Shown: in pieces, positions 1 through 9,230 of the stretch | How the letters are laid out: each line of letters opens with the position of its first letter | Position numbering within the stretch: position 1 is the first letter of the stretch | Origin: a candidate division CPR2 bacterium GW2011_GWC2_39_35 | GTDB lineage: Bacteria; Patescibacteriota; CPR2 | Reading direction: 5' to 3' | DNA: 64,000 bases | Assembly: GCA_000995065.1 (NCBI GenBank) | Contig: LBWX01000002.1 | Location: 62,586 to 126,585, forward strand | Translations under genes and position numbers: made by a program | The notes under the pieces: generated by a model | The model's database searches: none | Seen by the model: the letters and a program-made list of their open reading frames with translations, nothing else | Told to the model about the DNA's origin: nothing

Positions 1-425
1 TTACCGGTCTTACTTTCGGCTCCTACTTCGTAATTACTGGCTTTCTCGGAAAGAAATATTCTTCCGCTACCATCACCTTTTGGTCGCAATTTTTTGGCGC
101 CCTTGGCATCTTGCCTCTAATATTTATCTTCGACAAACCAACATCTGTTTCGCTTAACTTAAGCCACTGGCTTCCGGTAATCGGAGCCGGATTTGCCGTT
201 TTTGTAGGCTACTATTTATTAAATTATGGGCTTACAAAGATTAGCGGCGCTGCTGGCAGCATTTTAAGCTTATTCGAGCCTTTAAGTTCGGTTTTTTACG
301 GCTTGCTCTTATTTTCGGAGCATCCTTCATCCTCAACTCTTATCGGAGCGTTCTTTATTCTATCTAGCATCTCTTATCTCACCTATTCTCAAACTAATCA
401 GAGCCAAAAAGCTTCTATAAATTAA
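1..425 (+). CDS. 5'-truncated DMT/EamA-like transporter, C-terminal fragment; the frame is open from base 3
   Basis: The frame stays open from the window start through 425. The protein is hydrophobic and rich in G/F/L/Y, consistent with an EamA-type membrane domain. Confidence 0.45.
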   Translation, partial: TGLTFGSYFVITGFLGKKYSSATITFWSQFFGALGILPLIFIFDKPTSVSLNLSHWLPVIGAGFAVFVGYYLLNYGLTKISGAAGSILSLFEPLSSVFYGLLLFSEHPSSSTLIGAFFILSSISYLTYSQTNQSQKASIN

Positions 426-593
426 CAAGCAAAAGACAATGTGACGAAATAATCAATCTATGAGTAGATAAGAAATTGTTGACTTAAATTGTCATTTGTG
501 ACATTATAAGACGTTGCTAAAGAGCATAACCAGTATGATTAAAAATTGAAGAAAATGTCATGTTAAGATTTTTACCCAAAGGAGTGAACGCAC

Positions 594-1262
594 TTGCCAA
601 AAGTAAAAAAAGCACCACCATTTGTAGCTGACATGATCATTAGACAAGTACAAGATACCCAAACACCACTAGATAAAGCTGAGTTCGAGGAAGGCCTTGG
701 TGATCTAAGAAGATCCCCGGTAATTGTAGCCGAAAAGCCCTATAACCACTATTTTTACACGTCAGAAAAGGAGCTGAGGCTGGAAGATTTTGAAAACATC
801 AAAGTTAGCATTCCTGGGTCTCTAGAAACCGGCATGATGTTTGTGGAGTATCCAAGACCACCAAAAAGAGCCTTTACGGGAGCCCTCGAGGGCCTCCGGT
901 ATCAAGACACGGAAAAGATGGCAGTAGCGATATCAATTATTGATGTCTCTAAGTATGGAATTCATGATGAAGTTTTTGCTTGCCTACGGGCAAGAGACTC
1001 GTGGGAACTTCTAGCCCTGGGGGTATCAACAATTTATGGCTTCCATTTCTACATCAAATATAAGGAGAAGGCCGTAGAACCCTTGGGCGTGTGCTTTATC
1101 CCTATCTCGAGCCGCGGAAAGATTATAACGAATCGGGGAATACCTTATAGCCCGAACTTTTTAAACTACCTGGTGCTCGATACCCAAGGTTTCAATGAAA
1201 TGGTCCTGCCGCTGGCAAATGTTGCCCTTACTACTTGCTCCTGTCCACTTATTCAAACCTGA
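594..1262 (+). CDS. hypothetical protein
   Basis: A 222-aa ORF with no recognisable motif. The region is slightly GC-richer than its surroundings. Confidence 0.35.
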   Translation: MPKVKKAPPFVADMIIRQVQDTQTPLDKAEFEEGLGDLRRSPVIVAEKPYNHYFYTSEKELRLEDFENIKVSIPGSLETGMMFVEYPRPPKRAFTGALEGLRYQDTEKMAVAISIIDVSKYGIHDEVFACLRARDSWELLALGVSTIYGFHFYIKYKEKAVEPLGVCFIPISSRGKIITNRGIPYSPNFLNYLVLDTQGFNEMVLPLANVALTTCSCPLIQT

Positions 1263-1573
1263 CACTCATTCCGTTTGAAATACCAAGCCAAAATGGTAAT
1301 GGAAGCGAGAGCAAGAATGGCAACGGACATCATGCAAGCCAAAATCCGCTTCTCGACTACTTCACCCTCGACTATAAAAACAAGAAATACCGTCGAATGG
1401 GGATTAGTAATGGCGAGCATCTGGTTAAAGACCATTCCCACACATACACAGGCGAAGAAGGTCATTGCTACATGGGCATACCTCACGAAGATGGTCAGCC
1501 GAAGCGCATCCTTATTCCTGGCTACATAAAGCCAAACCCTAGGAAAATGCGCACCGAGTTTGTCGCAGATTAA
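1235..1573 (+). CDS. hypothetical protein, possibly a frameshifted continuation of 594..1262
   Basis: A 112-aa ORF that overlaps the previous ORF in a different frame. Confidence 0.25.
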   Translation: MLLSTYSNLTLIPFEIPSQNGNGSESKNGNGHHASQNPLLDYFTLDYKNKKYRRMGISNGEHLVKDHSHTYTGEEGHCYMGIPHEDGQPKRILIPGYIKPNPRKMRTEFVAD

Positions 1574-1575
1574 AA

Positions 1576-1662
1576 ACAGCTTTAGCTGTTAAATCTCCGA
1601 ATGAAGTTACAATACTTTTAAGCTCATGCTTAAGTTTGTAACCATCATTCGGAGATTTTTAG
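1576..1662. terminator. long inverted repeat between convergent genes, a putative bidirectional terminator
   Basis: AAATCTCCGAATGA at 1591-1604 pairs with TCATTCGGAGATTT at 1646-1659. A small CAGCTttaAGCTG hairpin lies just after the stop of the + gene. Confidence 0.4.
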
Positions 1663-1668
1663 TTATTA

Positions 1669-3147
1669 TTACTCGTACCTTAAGGCTTCCACCGGATTAA
1701 GTTTAGCAGCCCTATGAGCTGGGTAAAGCCCAGACATCATTCCGATAAACGTTGTAAAAGCAACCACTGAAAGAATTAGCCACCAAGGAAAGTTACCGAT
1801 TTCTGAAATTGGAATATTACTCATAGCTGCCGATGTACTATTATTTACAAAATATTTCGCAATAGTCCCCAATATATAACTAATTCCCATTCCCAAAACA
1901 CCTCCCCAAAAGCCAAGCATTGCCGCTTCGAAAGTAAATAACCTTCTAATTGTCCTCTTTTTGGCCCCGCAGGCTCGCATCACTCCAATTTCTCTTGTTC
2001 TTTCGTACGTCGCCATGATCATAGTGTTTATAATTCCAATGGAAGCTACAAACAGCGATATACCGCCAATAACTGCCAGAATTATTCCTATGCCGGTTAA
2101 AATTTCATTTATTTGATCAAGCATTTCCTCGGCAGTATTTGCTCCATAACCTTGAACCTTCACTTCTTCAGCAAGTTTTTCAAGATTCTTTTGATCATCA
2201 ACTTTTAGAACAATCGATGAATATCCTTGACGCTCAAACCAACTATCTTTTTGTAGTTCCATTTGAGGCTGAGAGGCTTGAAAATTTTGTCCCTGATTCT
2301 TAGAATTCTGTTCCTGATGTTCTTTCTGCTCCTTTGTTTGCTCTGGATACCGCCAAGAGACTGAGGTCATTAATTTCTTTGCCCAGTCAAGCGTCACATA
2401 ACTTCCCCCGCTATCCATCATGCCATTATGTAAAACGCCAACAATCTCAGCCGGAATATCAGTACCTTTGTTTGACTCGGACTCCCACCATTCCTTATCT
2501 GCATTCTCCGGTGGTTTTTCTGGCAAAGGCCCCCAATCCGGAGCGCTACCGCCGCCCATTTTAATTGTCAAAATGACTTTTTTTCCTATTAGATCTTTCG
2601 GCGCTCCCTTAAAGCCAACTTCTTCTAGAAACCTTTGGCCTACAACTATTTTATCCATATCACCTTCGGTGAGTTTTCGTCCAGCCACGACCTCCATCCC
2701 AAAAACATTATTATTGGGATCAATTCCTAACACATTTCCCCAAGTCTTTTTTGCCTCTCCCTCTAAGCGCATGGTTCCGGCATTTACTTGCGTTGTTGGA
2801 GTGCCCTCGGCTACATGGTTTAGTTTGCGCATTGTTGCCAAGGTAGTATCATCAATCTTTTTCCCTTCATTTGGATCGCCATTGGTTCCAACCAAGCTAT
2901 GCGAATCAACAGAATTAGGATCGCGCATAACAGTAACCAGATTAAAGGCCCCTAACTCTTGGAATTGTTTAACAAGAGACTGCTTGATGCTGATAATAAT
3001 GGAAACCATCAGTATTAACGAAAGAGAGCCGACAGTAATTGCAACAATCGTTAAAAATGTCCTCGACTTTCGCCTCATCAAATTCTTATAGGCTGTCTTA
3101 ATATAATCGAAAAGACGCATTATAGCCTCGTGGCCGGATGGCCGCAT
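1669..3147 (-). CDS. ABC transporter permease, MacB/FtsX family, with a large extracytoplasmic domain
   Basis: N-terminal TM, a long periplasmic domain and a C-terminal FtsX-like four-TM region (GVMRACGAKKRTIRRLF...). The ABC ATPase gene is adjacent. Confidence 0.8.
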   Translation of the reverse strand: MRPSGHEAIMRLFDYIKTAYKNLMRRKSRTFLTIVAITVGSLSLILMVSIIISIKQSLVKQFQELGAFNLVTVMRDPNSVDSHSLVGTNGDPNEGKKIDDTTLATMRKLNHVAEGTPTTQVNAGTMRLEGEAKKTWGNVLGIDPNNNVFGMEVVAGRKLTEGDMDKIVVGQRFLEEVGFKGAPKDLIGKKVILTIKMGGGSAPDWGPLPEKPPENADKEWWESESNKGTDIPAEIVGVLHNGMMDSGGSYVTLDWAKKLMTSVSWRYPEQTKEQKEHQEQNSKNQGQNFQASQPQMELQKDSWFERQGYSSIVLKVDDQKNLEKLAEEVKVQGYGANTAEEMLDQINEILTGIGIILAVIGGISLFVASIGIINTMIMATYERTREIGVMRACGAKKRTIRRLFTFEAAMLGFWGGVLGMGISYILGTIAKYFVNNSTSAAMSNIPISEIGNFPWWLILSVVAFTTFIGMMSGLYPAHRAAKLNPVEALRYE

Positions 3148-3420
3148 TGCCGGATTGAGTCTTGAACCTTAAGCCCTGATGACTCAATAGACATTCGACA
3201 ACGTTTAATTAAATTTGTTATTTGTGATCTCGTAAATATCTGCAGTTAGCTGATGAGCTTTTTTTCCAAACTTCTATTTTTGTAAAGTTTCCCATATAAC
3301 TACTCCTCTTAGTTTGAATATTTTACCACCAGGCGATCCGGCTATGCGGCCATAGACCATCACTTATCCCATTTGCCTGCCAGGCGATCCGGCTATGCGG
3401 CCATGCGGCAATCCGGCAAT
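3130..3420. repeat. GC-rich repetitive insert containing a 25-bp direct repeat and inverted GCATTGCCGG/CCGGCAAT pairs
   Basis: CCAGGCGATCCGGCTATGCGGCCAT occurs at 3321-3345 and again at 3372-3396. GCCGGATGGCCGCATTGCCGGATTG lies near 3133-3160. The insert is GC-rich in an otherwise AT-rich genome. Confidence 0.4.
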
Positions 3421-4074
3421 ATTCCCATCCTGAATTGCAATTACTCTATCCGCCAAACGGGCCACATTTGGATCGTGGGTGATAATTATAAGCGTAATGT
3501 CTGTTCTTTTATTAAGTTCTCTAAGGAGTGCCATAATCTCTTGCCCCTTTTTAGAATCCAGGTTTCCGGTTGGTTCGTCAGCAATTATTATTTCCGGATC
3601 ATTCATTAGGGCTCTGGCGATACTTACTCTTTGGCGCTGGCCACCTGAAAGTTCGCTTGGTTTGTGATTCATCCGATCTTCTAAACCAACAGCTTTTAAG
3701 CATTTTTCCGCCTTTTCTTTTCTGTCAGCAGGTTTCATTTTAGAAAACAAAGCCGGCAACATGACGTTTTCTAAAGCTGTAAATGTGGGCTGAAGATTAA
3801 AAGATTGAAAAACAAAACCGATCTTTTTATTTCTATACTCAGAAAGATCATTATCTGATGTCTTAGCTAGATGCATATTATCAACAATAACATCACCGGA
3901 ATCAGCCTCATCTAAACCACCGATAATATTAGCCAGGGTTGTTTTTCCGGAACCGGATGGTCCGACGATAGCTAAAAATTCGCCTTCCTTAATAGAAAGG
4001 CTCACGCTATTTAGAGCATAGATAGTTTCGCCGCCTAAGCTATAGGTCCTGGTTATGTTTTTAAGCTCTATCAA
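3364..4074 (-). CDS. ABC transporter ATP-binding protein, MacB/LolD-like
   Basis: Walker A (GPSGSGKTT), the ABC signature (LSGGQRQRVSIARAL) and Walker B (IIIADEPTGNLD) are all present. The last ~17 aa (LPHGRIAGSPGRQMG) are encoded by the GC-rich repeat. Confidence 0.85.
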   Translation of the reverse strand: MIELKNITRTYSLGGETIYALNSVSLSIKEGEFLAIVGPSGSGKTTLANIIGGLDEADSGDVIVDNMHLAKTSDNDLSEYRNKKIGFVFQSFNLQPTFTALENVMLPALFSKMKPADRKEKAEKCLKAVGLEDRMNHKPSELSGGQRQRVSIARALMNDPEIIIADEPTGNLDSKKGQEIMALLRELNKRTDITLIIITHDPNVARLADRVIAIQDGNIAGLPHGRIAGSPGRQMG

Positions 4075-4298
4075 AGCTTACCCCTCCAGTTGTTGACTTA
4101 ATTGTAGGGCACTTAAGTATGCTTGCCAAGTAGATTATTGTCTTCAAATATATTATAGCCTAAATGTAATCCGAGCCAAATACCGCAAAGGCCTTTTTGG
4201 CTCCCAATTAAAAATGTGTTTAGACACTTGGATTGGAATCAAATAAGAGATGAATTTGAGGATTTTCATCGTTATAAACTAGCGCTTGTAAACTTGAA

Positions 4299-5108
4299 CT
4301 ACATATCTATATTTAAGGTTTTTATTAAATTCTCAAATTCTTGAAGGTGGTCTGTGTCTGTACTTCTTAACCAGTAAGTCGCTTTAAAAAGTCTATCCTT
4401 ACCTGAATCAACGTAATGGTATTCTACTGTTTTTGTTCCTGCAGGTATAAGGCCGCCAGCTCCACTCCAGGTTGTCTCTGTCCTTAGCATTTGTTTCCCA
4501 TTAATTTGCACATTCTTCCAGGTATGCGAAGTATAGTATCCCGTGTCTTTCTTTACGTCGTCGTAGTAATTTGGATAATCCTTGCTATAGTAAGAGGCTG
4601 AGTAATTCGTGGACAAAACGATTTGTGCGCTCTCGGGTAACTTTTGTCCAACACTCCACTTGGGAAGAGGATTCTTTTCTGGCGATAGCAAAACAGCGTA
4701 AAAGCTATAATTAGTCGTGGACATGCCACATGGCTGAAAAGACCATGATCCTGGATACGAAAAGCTAAAACCATAATCTTTTTCTTTGAATTCCTGTTTC
4801 TGATTGGGATCTTTTTGAACTACTGGTAACATTTTGGTAATATCAGTTGTAATAACTTCCTGGCTATTAAGATCTACATCTTTGGCGCCTTGTGCTGGTT
4901 CAAGTTGCGCAACTTCCATGTTTTCTTTGCTCTCCTTTGTCAACTTATCAACCTGACTGAGAAGGTTTACAGTCCTCATATCATTCTTCTTTACCTTTTG
5001 ATCCATGACATACCACGTTCCGCCAGTAGCAAGACCGGCAATCACAATGATCAAAACGATTGAAAGCCAAAGAGGCATTCCTTTTTTAATTTTGTTTTGT
5101 TCTTCCAT
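4299..5108 (-). CDS. hypothetical membrane-anchored protein
   Basis: An N-terminal TM helix (LWLSIVLIIVIAGLATGG) followed by a hydrophilic, Y/S-rich domain. Confidence 0.45.
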   Translation of the reverse strand: MEEQNKIKKGMPLWLSIVLIIVIAGLATGGTWYVMDQKVKKNDMRTVNLLSQVDKLTKESKENMEVAQLEPAQGAKDVDLNSQEVITTDITKMLPVVQKDPNQKQEFKEKDYGFSFSYPGSWSFQPCGMSTTNYSFYAVLLSPEKNPLPKWSVGQKLPESAQIVLSTNYSASYYSKDYPNYYDDVKKDTGYYTSHTWKNVQINGKQMLRTETTWSGAGGLIPAGTKTVEYHYVDSGKDRLFKATYWLRSTDTDHLQEFENLIKTLNIDM

Positions 5109-5493
5109 ATAACTCCTACTTAGTTAATACCTATTTATCATAACAGTTAAGATAATTATTAGGCAATAGAAAGGCATTTTGGCCTTTAACCAGGGGATCA
5201 GATTCAAACTTTTTAGATAACAAAAAATGGCTCTTTAAAGCCATTATCTTGTGGTTGGAATTAAGTCTTATCCGGTTCTATAAATTATTCAAACCGTTAT
5301 TTTAGCGTTTGCAGAGCCTTAATTACCATATTCTTCCATATTGGCTCCCCACTATGGTTCAGTACCATTTTTTGGCTAGTCTTAGCCTTAAAACAGAAGA
5401 TTGGCCTGCATATCAAGCGAAAATGAGACACTATAAAAAAGAGATGTCTTGTGTCTCATTAACTACCTAAAATATAGGTATCTTTAGTTAGAT

Positions 5494-5543
5494 CTCTAAA
5501 AAACAAGAAGGGTAGACATGTGCTTTTGGCACGGGTCTACCCG
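5494..5543 (-). terminator. putative rho-independent terminator for the minus-strand gene 5596..5928
   Basis: GGGTAGAC at 5510-5517 pairs with GTCTACCC at 5535-5542. On the minus strand the hairpin is followed by a T-run. Confidence 0.4.
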
Positions 5544-5595
5544 TAAATTGTAAATTCATATTTGTTTGGATTTCTTGCCTTGATTGCAGCCGATC

Positions 5596-5928
5596 CTAGA
5601 ATATGATTGGGAACATTCTCCTGTCCTCAACCTTTTGGGTCTTAATATCCCGAACAGCAATCTCGCAATCCAAGGTATATTCTTGAAGATCGTCAGCAGT
5701 TACCGCAGGAACAAGTATCATAAGATTATAATCTTGATTTGCCCCCTCAGACTGGCCTTCATACCTCAATACAAGCTCCTGGATTTGCCGGTTGAGTTGT
5801 TTAATATCAGTTCTGGGATCTTCAACTGCTTTCTGAAGAATTGATGTCACTTCTTTCTGAAAATCTAAGAATGGCCTTGCTAGACCTTCCCATCTTGGAT
5901 CCCCATCCATATTTATGTCTGTAGACAA
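5596..5928 (-). CDS. hypothetical protein
   Basis: A 110-aa ORF in a locally GC-richer patch. Confidence 0.4.
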   Translation of the reverse strand: MSTDINMDGDPRWEGLARPFLDFQKEVTSILQKAVEDPRTDIKQLNRQIQELVLRYEGQSEGANQDYNLMILVPAVTADDLQEYTLDCEIAVRDIKTQKVEDRRMFPIIF

Positions 5929-5963
5929 AATACCACCTTCTTCCTTTAGACATTATTGGATGA

Positions 5964-6839
5964 TTACCAGACGAATGATCCCTGCCATTTATCAGGCTCT
6001 TCGGTTAAGCGACGAATGATCTCCGGCAGGATGACGTCTCGCATGCCGAGAGCGTACGGCTTACGGCCGTTGATCTCGGTCATGATAGTTATCTTCTGGT
6101 CTTCTCCTACGAGAGTGAACTTGTGATACGCATGGCCATCAAGATGCTCCGGCGGAACACCCCACATTCCCCCTTGGACCGAAGGGTCACGCTCTGAATA
6201 GAGCACAGCACTTGTATCGGCACCAGCTCGGTCAAAAATGTCGATTACCTGTTTGGCCGTTCCCGAAGGATCCTTCTTTTTTGCTTGATGAGTTTCACCA
6301 GGAAGGAACCTAAGGCCAGTAAAGGCATTGGGGCTTTCCTGAGGAATAGTGCTTAAGGCTTTTAGAATGGCAGCAATTGCTGCGGCTCCGTTAGTAACAC
6401 GAGAAACAGTGAAATTATCATCCTTGTGTTCTTCGGCAAGAGCTGTAAGATCTTTCTCGTTCTCCGGATTCTTGAGTCCGATTGTACCCATGATGATAGT
6501 TGGCAAGCCGACCAGTACCGAAGCATAAAACTCCGCAACATCAGCTTGTCGTATGGTTGTGCAATCAACGACTAAAAAGCTACCCAGTTCCTCTTTATCT
6601 TGGAGTAGTTTTTCCGCGAATGCCGGTGAACCGAATGTGTAGGCCTCCATCTCGATGTGCCCACCGCGACCCTGATCCATGTAGCCTTCGAAATTGACTC
6701 CTAAAGATGTATTAGAGGTCGTGTAGGGAAGAACGTTGTAGCGCCCTTCTTTGTCACCAAGCAACGCCCAAGCTACTTGCTTTCCGAGATTGCCGTCTGC
6801 TCCAGCAATAAGTACGTGTGTCTTTTCCTTCGAAATCAT
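5964..6839 (-). CDS. DapB-family (4-hydroxy-tetrahydrodipicolinate reductase-like) NAD(P)-binding protein
   Basis: N-terminal Rossmann motif VLIAGADGNLGKQV and the DapB hallmark E-x-H-x-x-K-K-D-P-S-G-T-A (GETHQAKKKDPSGTAKQV). Confidence 0.55.
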   Translation of the reverse strand: MISKEKTHVLIAGADGNLGKQVAWALLGDKEGRYNVLPYTTSNTSLGVNFEGYMDQGRGGHIEMEAYTFGSPAFAEKLLQDKEELGSFLVVDCTTIRQADVAEFYASVLVGLPTIIMGTIGLKNPENEKDLTALAEEHKDDNFTVSRVTNGAAAIAAILKALSTIPQESPNAFTGLRFLPGETHQAKKKDPSGTAKQVIDIFDRAGADTSAVLYSERDPSVQGGMWGVPPEHLDGHAYHKFTLVGEDQKITIMTEINGRKPYALGMRDVILPEIIRRLTEEPDKWQGSFVW

Positions 6840-6890
6840 ACTTTTAGCCCCTTTCGTCTATTCTCTTGTTCCGGTGAAGCCAGGCTTACT

Positions 6891-7178
6891 CTATAGCCAC
6901 CCCCAGTCAACCATCGCCTGTTCGAATTCCTGCTCTGTGAGAAGTTGGACTTCTCTGATTGCACAACCTTCTTTCAACTTGTGTCCTGATAACGGTGTTT
7001 CTTTGACCCCGACCATTTGGGATTCGATGTCTTCGAAATGAATCGTTTTTACGAAGACTTGGCCCCAATATGATTGGTCTCGGTGCTTGGGAGCGTCTAC
7101 CTCGGATTGAGGTACTACCAAATGTTGTCCAAGGTGCCGTCCTTCTTCGATGCAAATCAACAATGCTGATTTAATCAT
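6891..7178 (-). CDS. hypothetical protein
   Basis: A 95-aa ORF that runs in the same direction as the upstream DapB-like gene. Confidence 0.3.
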   Translation of the reverse strand: MIKSALLICIEEGRHLGQHLVVPQSEVDAPKHRDQSYWGQVFVKTIHFEDIESQMVGVKETPLSGHKLKEGCAIREVQLLTEQEFEQAMVDWGWL

Positions 7179-7284
7179 ATCTATCCTCCTTCAGATACAG
7201 TCTCATTCCAACCTTCGTGAGGGGTATTTTACCATATTAAAGGCTTTTTGTAAATGTTGAGCTCACAAGACGCGATAGGAAGGC

Positions 7285-7596
7285 TTGAGTGTGTGTTATA
7301 ATTCAAATATGGCTACTTTGGAAGAACTAGAAAAAGAAGTTCAAGAAATCGAGAAAAGAAATCAGAGAGTCGAAGCCGATAAGGCGTGGGAAATCAGTAG
7401 CTCTAGAAAAATAATTATCTCGATTTTTACCTACTTTTTTGTTGGCCTCTTTCTGTCTTCAGTTGGTATCCAAAGACCTTGGATAAGTGCTCTAATACCA
7501 GTAATTGGATTTGTTCTTTCAACCCTTACATTGCCTTATTTCAAGAATCTCTGGACTGAGCATTTTCTGGAAGGCAAAAATAAAGAGCTCAATTAG
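7285..7596 (+). CDS. small membrane protein; a paralog of the partial ORF at 63746..64000
   Basis: A coiled-coil N-terminus (EKRNQRVEADKAWE) followed by two TM segments. The 3' partial ORF shares the RVEADKAWE motif. Confidence 0.5.
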   Translation: MSVCYNSNMATLEELEKEVQEIEKRNQRVEADKAWEISSSRKIIISIFTYFFVGLFLSSVGIQRPWISALIPVIGFVLSTLTLPYFKNLWTEHFLEGKNKELN

Positions 7597-7620
7597 TCAA
7601 TTGAATAGTAGTTCAAGCTG

Positions 7621-8235
7621 TCAACAATCTTGAATAGAAAAAAAAGCAATTCTTATAGATAACGAATGTTCAATACATAATATTTTCTTATTAACCGCTC
7701 CTTCTAAGGGGATTGTGGAAACTGGAACAATCTCATCATAAATCCCTCTAATAGTTATCACTTTTTGCCTTTGCACTTTGGTTAGAGATGGCTCAATTTT
7801 CTCAAATGTAAGAACAGATTCCTTAAAAGCCAGGCTCTTTCTGGCTACCTGTTCAAGAGATGGTCTTACGTTTTGGCCAGCCCTAAGCCTGCCGCAAATA
7901 TTAATTACCTTCGAAATATTATCACTCCTCTTTGCAAAAGCGTTTAAAGCAACACTGCCACCAGCACTTGATCCAATCAAGCCAACCTTATTATCACCAG
8001 TTGCTAAATCATCAATCAATTTAATCAGCTTTTGAAGCTTTTTATCAAAAGATTCATTATCTTGCCATCCCATCTTAAAAAAATGCAAAGTGATACCTTT
8101 TCTTTTGCAATAAAAAGCAAAGAAACGATAAGCTAAAGTTTTATTATCGTTATCTTTAAGGCCGGGGATAAAAATTATATGGTGATTAACAGATGAATTA
8201 GTTTGCATGACCTTATTATACCGGAAAGTAAGCAT
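7621..8235 (-). CDS. alpha/beta hydrolase-fold protein
   Basis: A G-x-S-x-G nucleophile elbow (GLIGSSAGGSVA) in an alpha/beta-like layout. Confidence 0.5.
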   Translation of the reverse strand: MLTFRYNKVMQTNSSVNHHIIFIPGLKDNDNKTLAYRFFAFYCKRKGITLHFFKMGWQDNESFDKKLQKLIKLIDDLATGDNKVGLIGSSAGGSVALNAFAKRSDNISKVINICGRLRAGQNVRPSLEQVARKSLAFKESVLTFEKIEPSLTKVQRQKVITIRGIYDEIVPVSTIPLEGAVNKKILCIEHSLSIRIAFFSIQDC

Positions 8236-8298
8236 GCTTGATGATAAATACTTAAAAGTTAGCCCTAAAGATATTTTTGAGTTTTAGCTTTAAAATTA

Positions 8299-9171
8299 CT
8301 AAGAAAAAACCCTTAACGAAATTACCCCAGCTACAACAATGGCGATAGCCAAATACTGATTAAAAGTCAGTCTTTCCTTGTGCACGATAGCACCATAAAC
8401 GGTAGCTACTATAGGATTTGAAGAATAAAGGGCCAGAATAATGGCGGGGTTTCCGTTCTTTAAACCATAATACAAACCCACTGTGGCAACCGTAACTAAG
8501 GCGATTGCTATTACTATGCTTACTGAAGTTCTAATTTCTGGTAATGTAATTTTTTTCTTTCTATATAGAAGGACAAAAGAACCAACAAGAAAAGAGCCGC
8601 TTTCAAAAGTTATTGGTGCAAGAATTGGTCCTAAAGTCCTCGTTGGGATTTGAGAGGCAAAAAGGAAAATACCCATAAGAACACCGGATATCAGAGCATA
8701 ATTTAGACTGGTTTTGTCATTCTTTGTTAGATGATCCCTTAATGCTTTTGGATCAAGTCTAATTAAGACTACCCCCGCCACTATAGCCGAAATAGCTATT
8801 ATTTGAACAACTGATAACTTTACTCCAAGAAAAACTGTGGTTAAAAGAATGGCAAAAACTACATTCACCGAGGAAACAGGACTTACCAAGCCAATCTTAC
8901 CGATATTTAATCCTCGATAAAGAAAATTTAAAGCAAAATAACCGATTAAAGTTAAAGAAAGCCCAAAAAGAATTTGGGTCAAATCAAAATGATATTCAAA
9001 TAAGCCAACAAAAAAGATACCTGTTAAAAATAGCACACAAAGGAAAGTGCGTATGACCATATACTGGTCTACCCCGACCTTGGCAGTAATATTCTTTGTC
9101 ATGGAATTGGCAATTCCTAGCGAGACCATTACTATAAGGCCAAGAAAAATGCTTAAAGTGATTATATCCAT
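8299..9171 (-). CDS. DMT/EamA family transporter
   Basis: A 290-aa protein with about 10 TM helices in the two-EamA-domain architecture. Confidence 0.7.
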   Translation of the reverse strand: MDIITLSIFLGLIVMVSLGIANSMTKNITAKVGVDQYMVIRTFLCVLFLTGIFFVGLFEYHFDLTQILFGLSLTLIGYFALNFLYRGLNIGKIGLVSPVSSVNVVFAILLTTVFLGVKLSVVQIIAISAIVAGVVLIRLDPKALRDHLTKNDKTSLNYALISGVLMGIFLFASQIPTRTLGPILAPITFESGSFLVGSFVLLYRKKKITLPEIRTSVSIVIAIALVTVATVGLYYGLKNGNPAIILALYSSNPIVATVYGAIVHKERLTFNQYLAIAIVVAGVISLRVFS

Positions 9172-9230
9172 AAAGACATAATAGCAATCTACCGCTTTAA
9201 TTAAAGCCTTTTTTGTAGTATGATAATCCC

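Noticed and set aside
2420-3091. 223-aa + strand ORF, plus a 76-aa ORF at 2334..2564
   Set aside because: Both lie entirely antisense to the well-supported ABC permease gene, and their protein sequence is low-complexity and proline/serine-rich. They are shadow ORFs.
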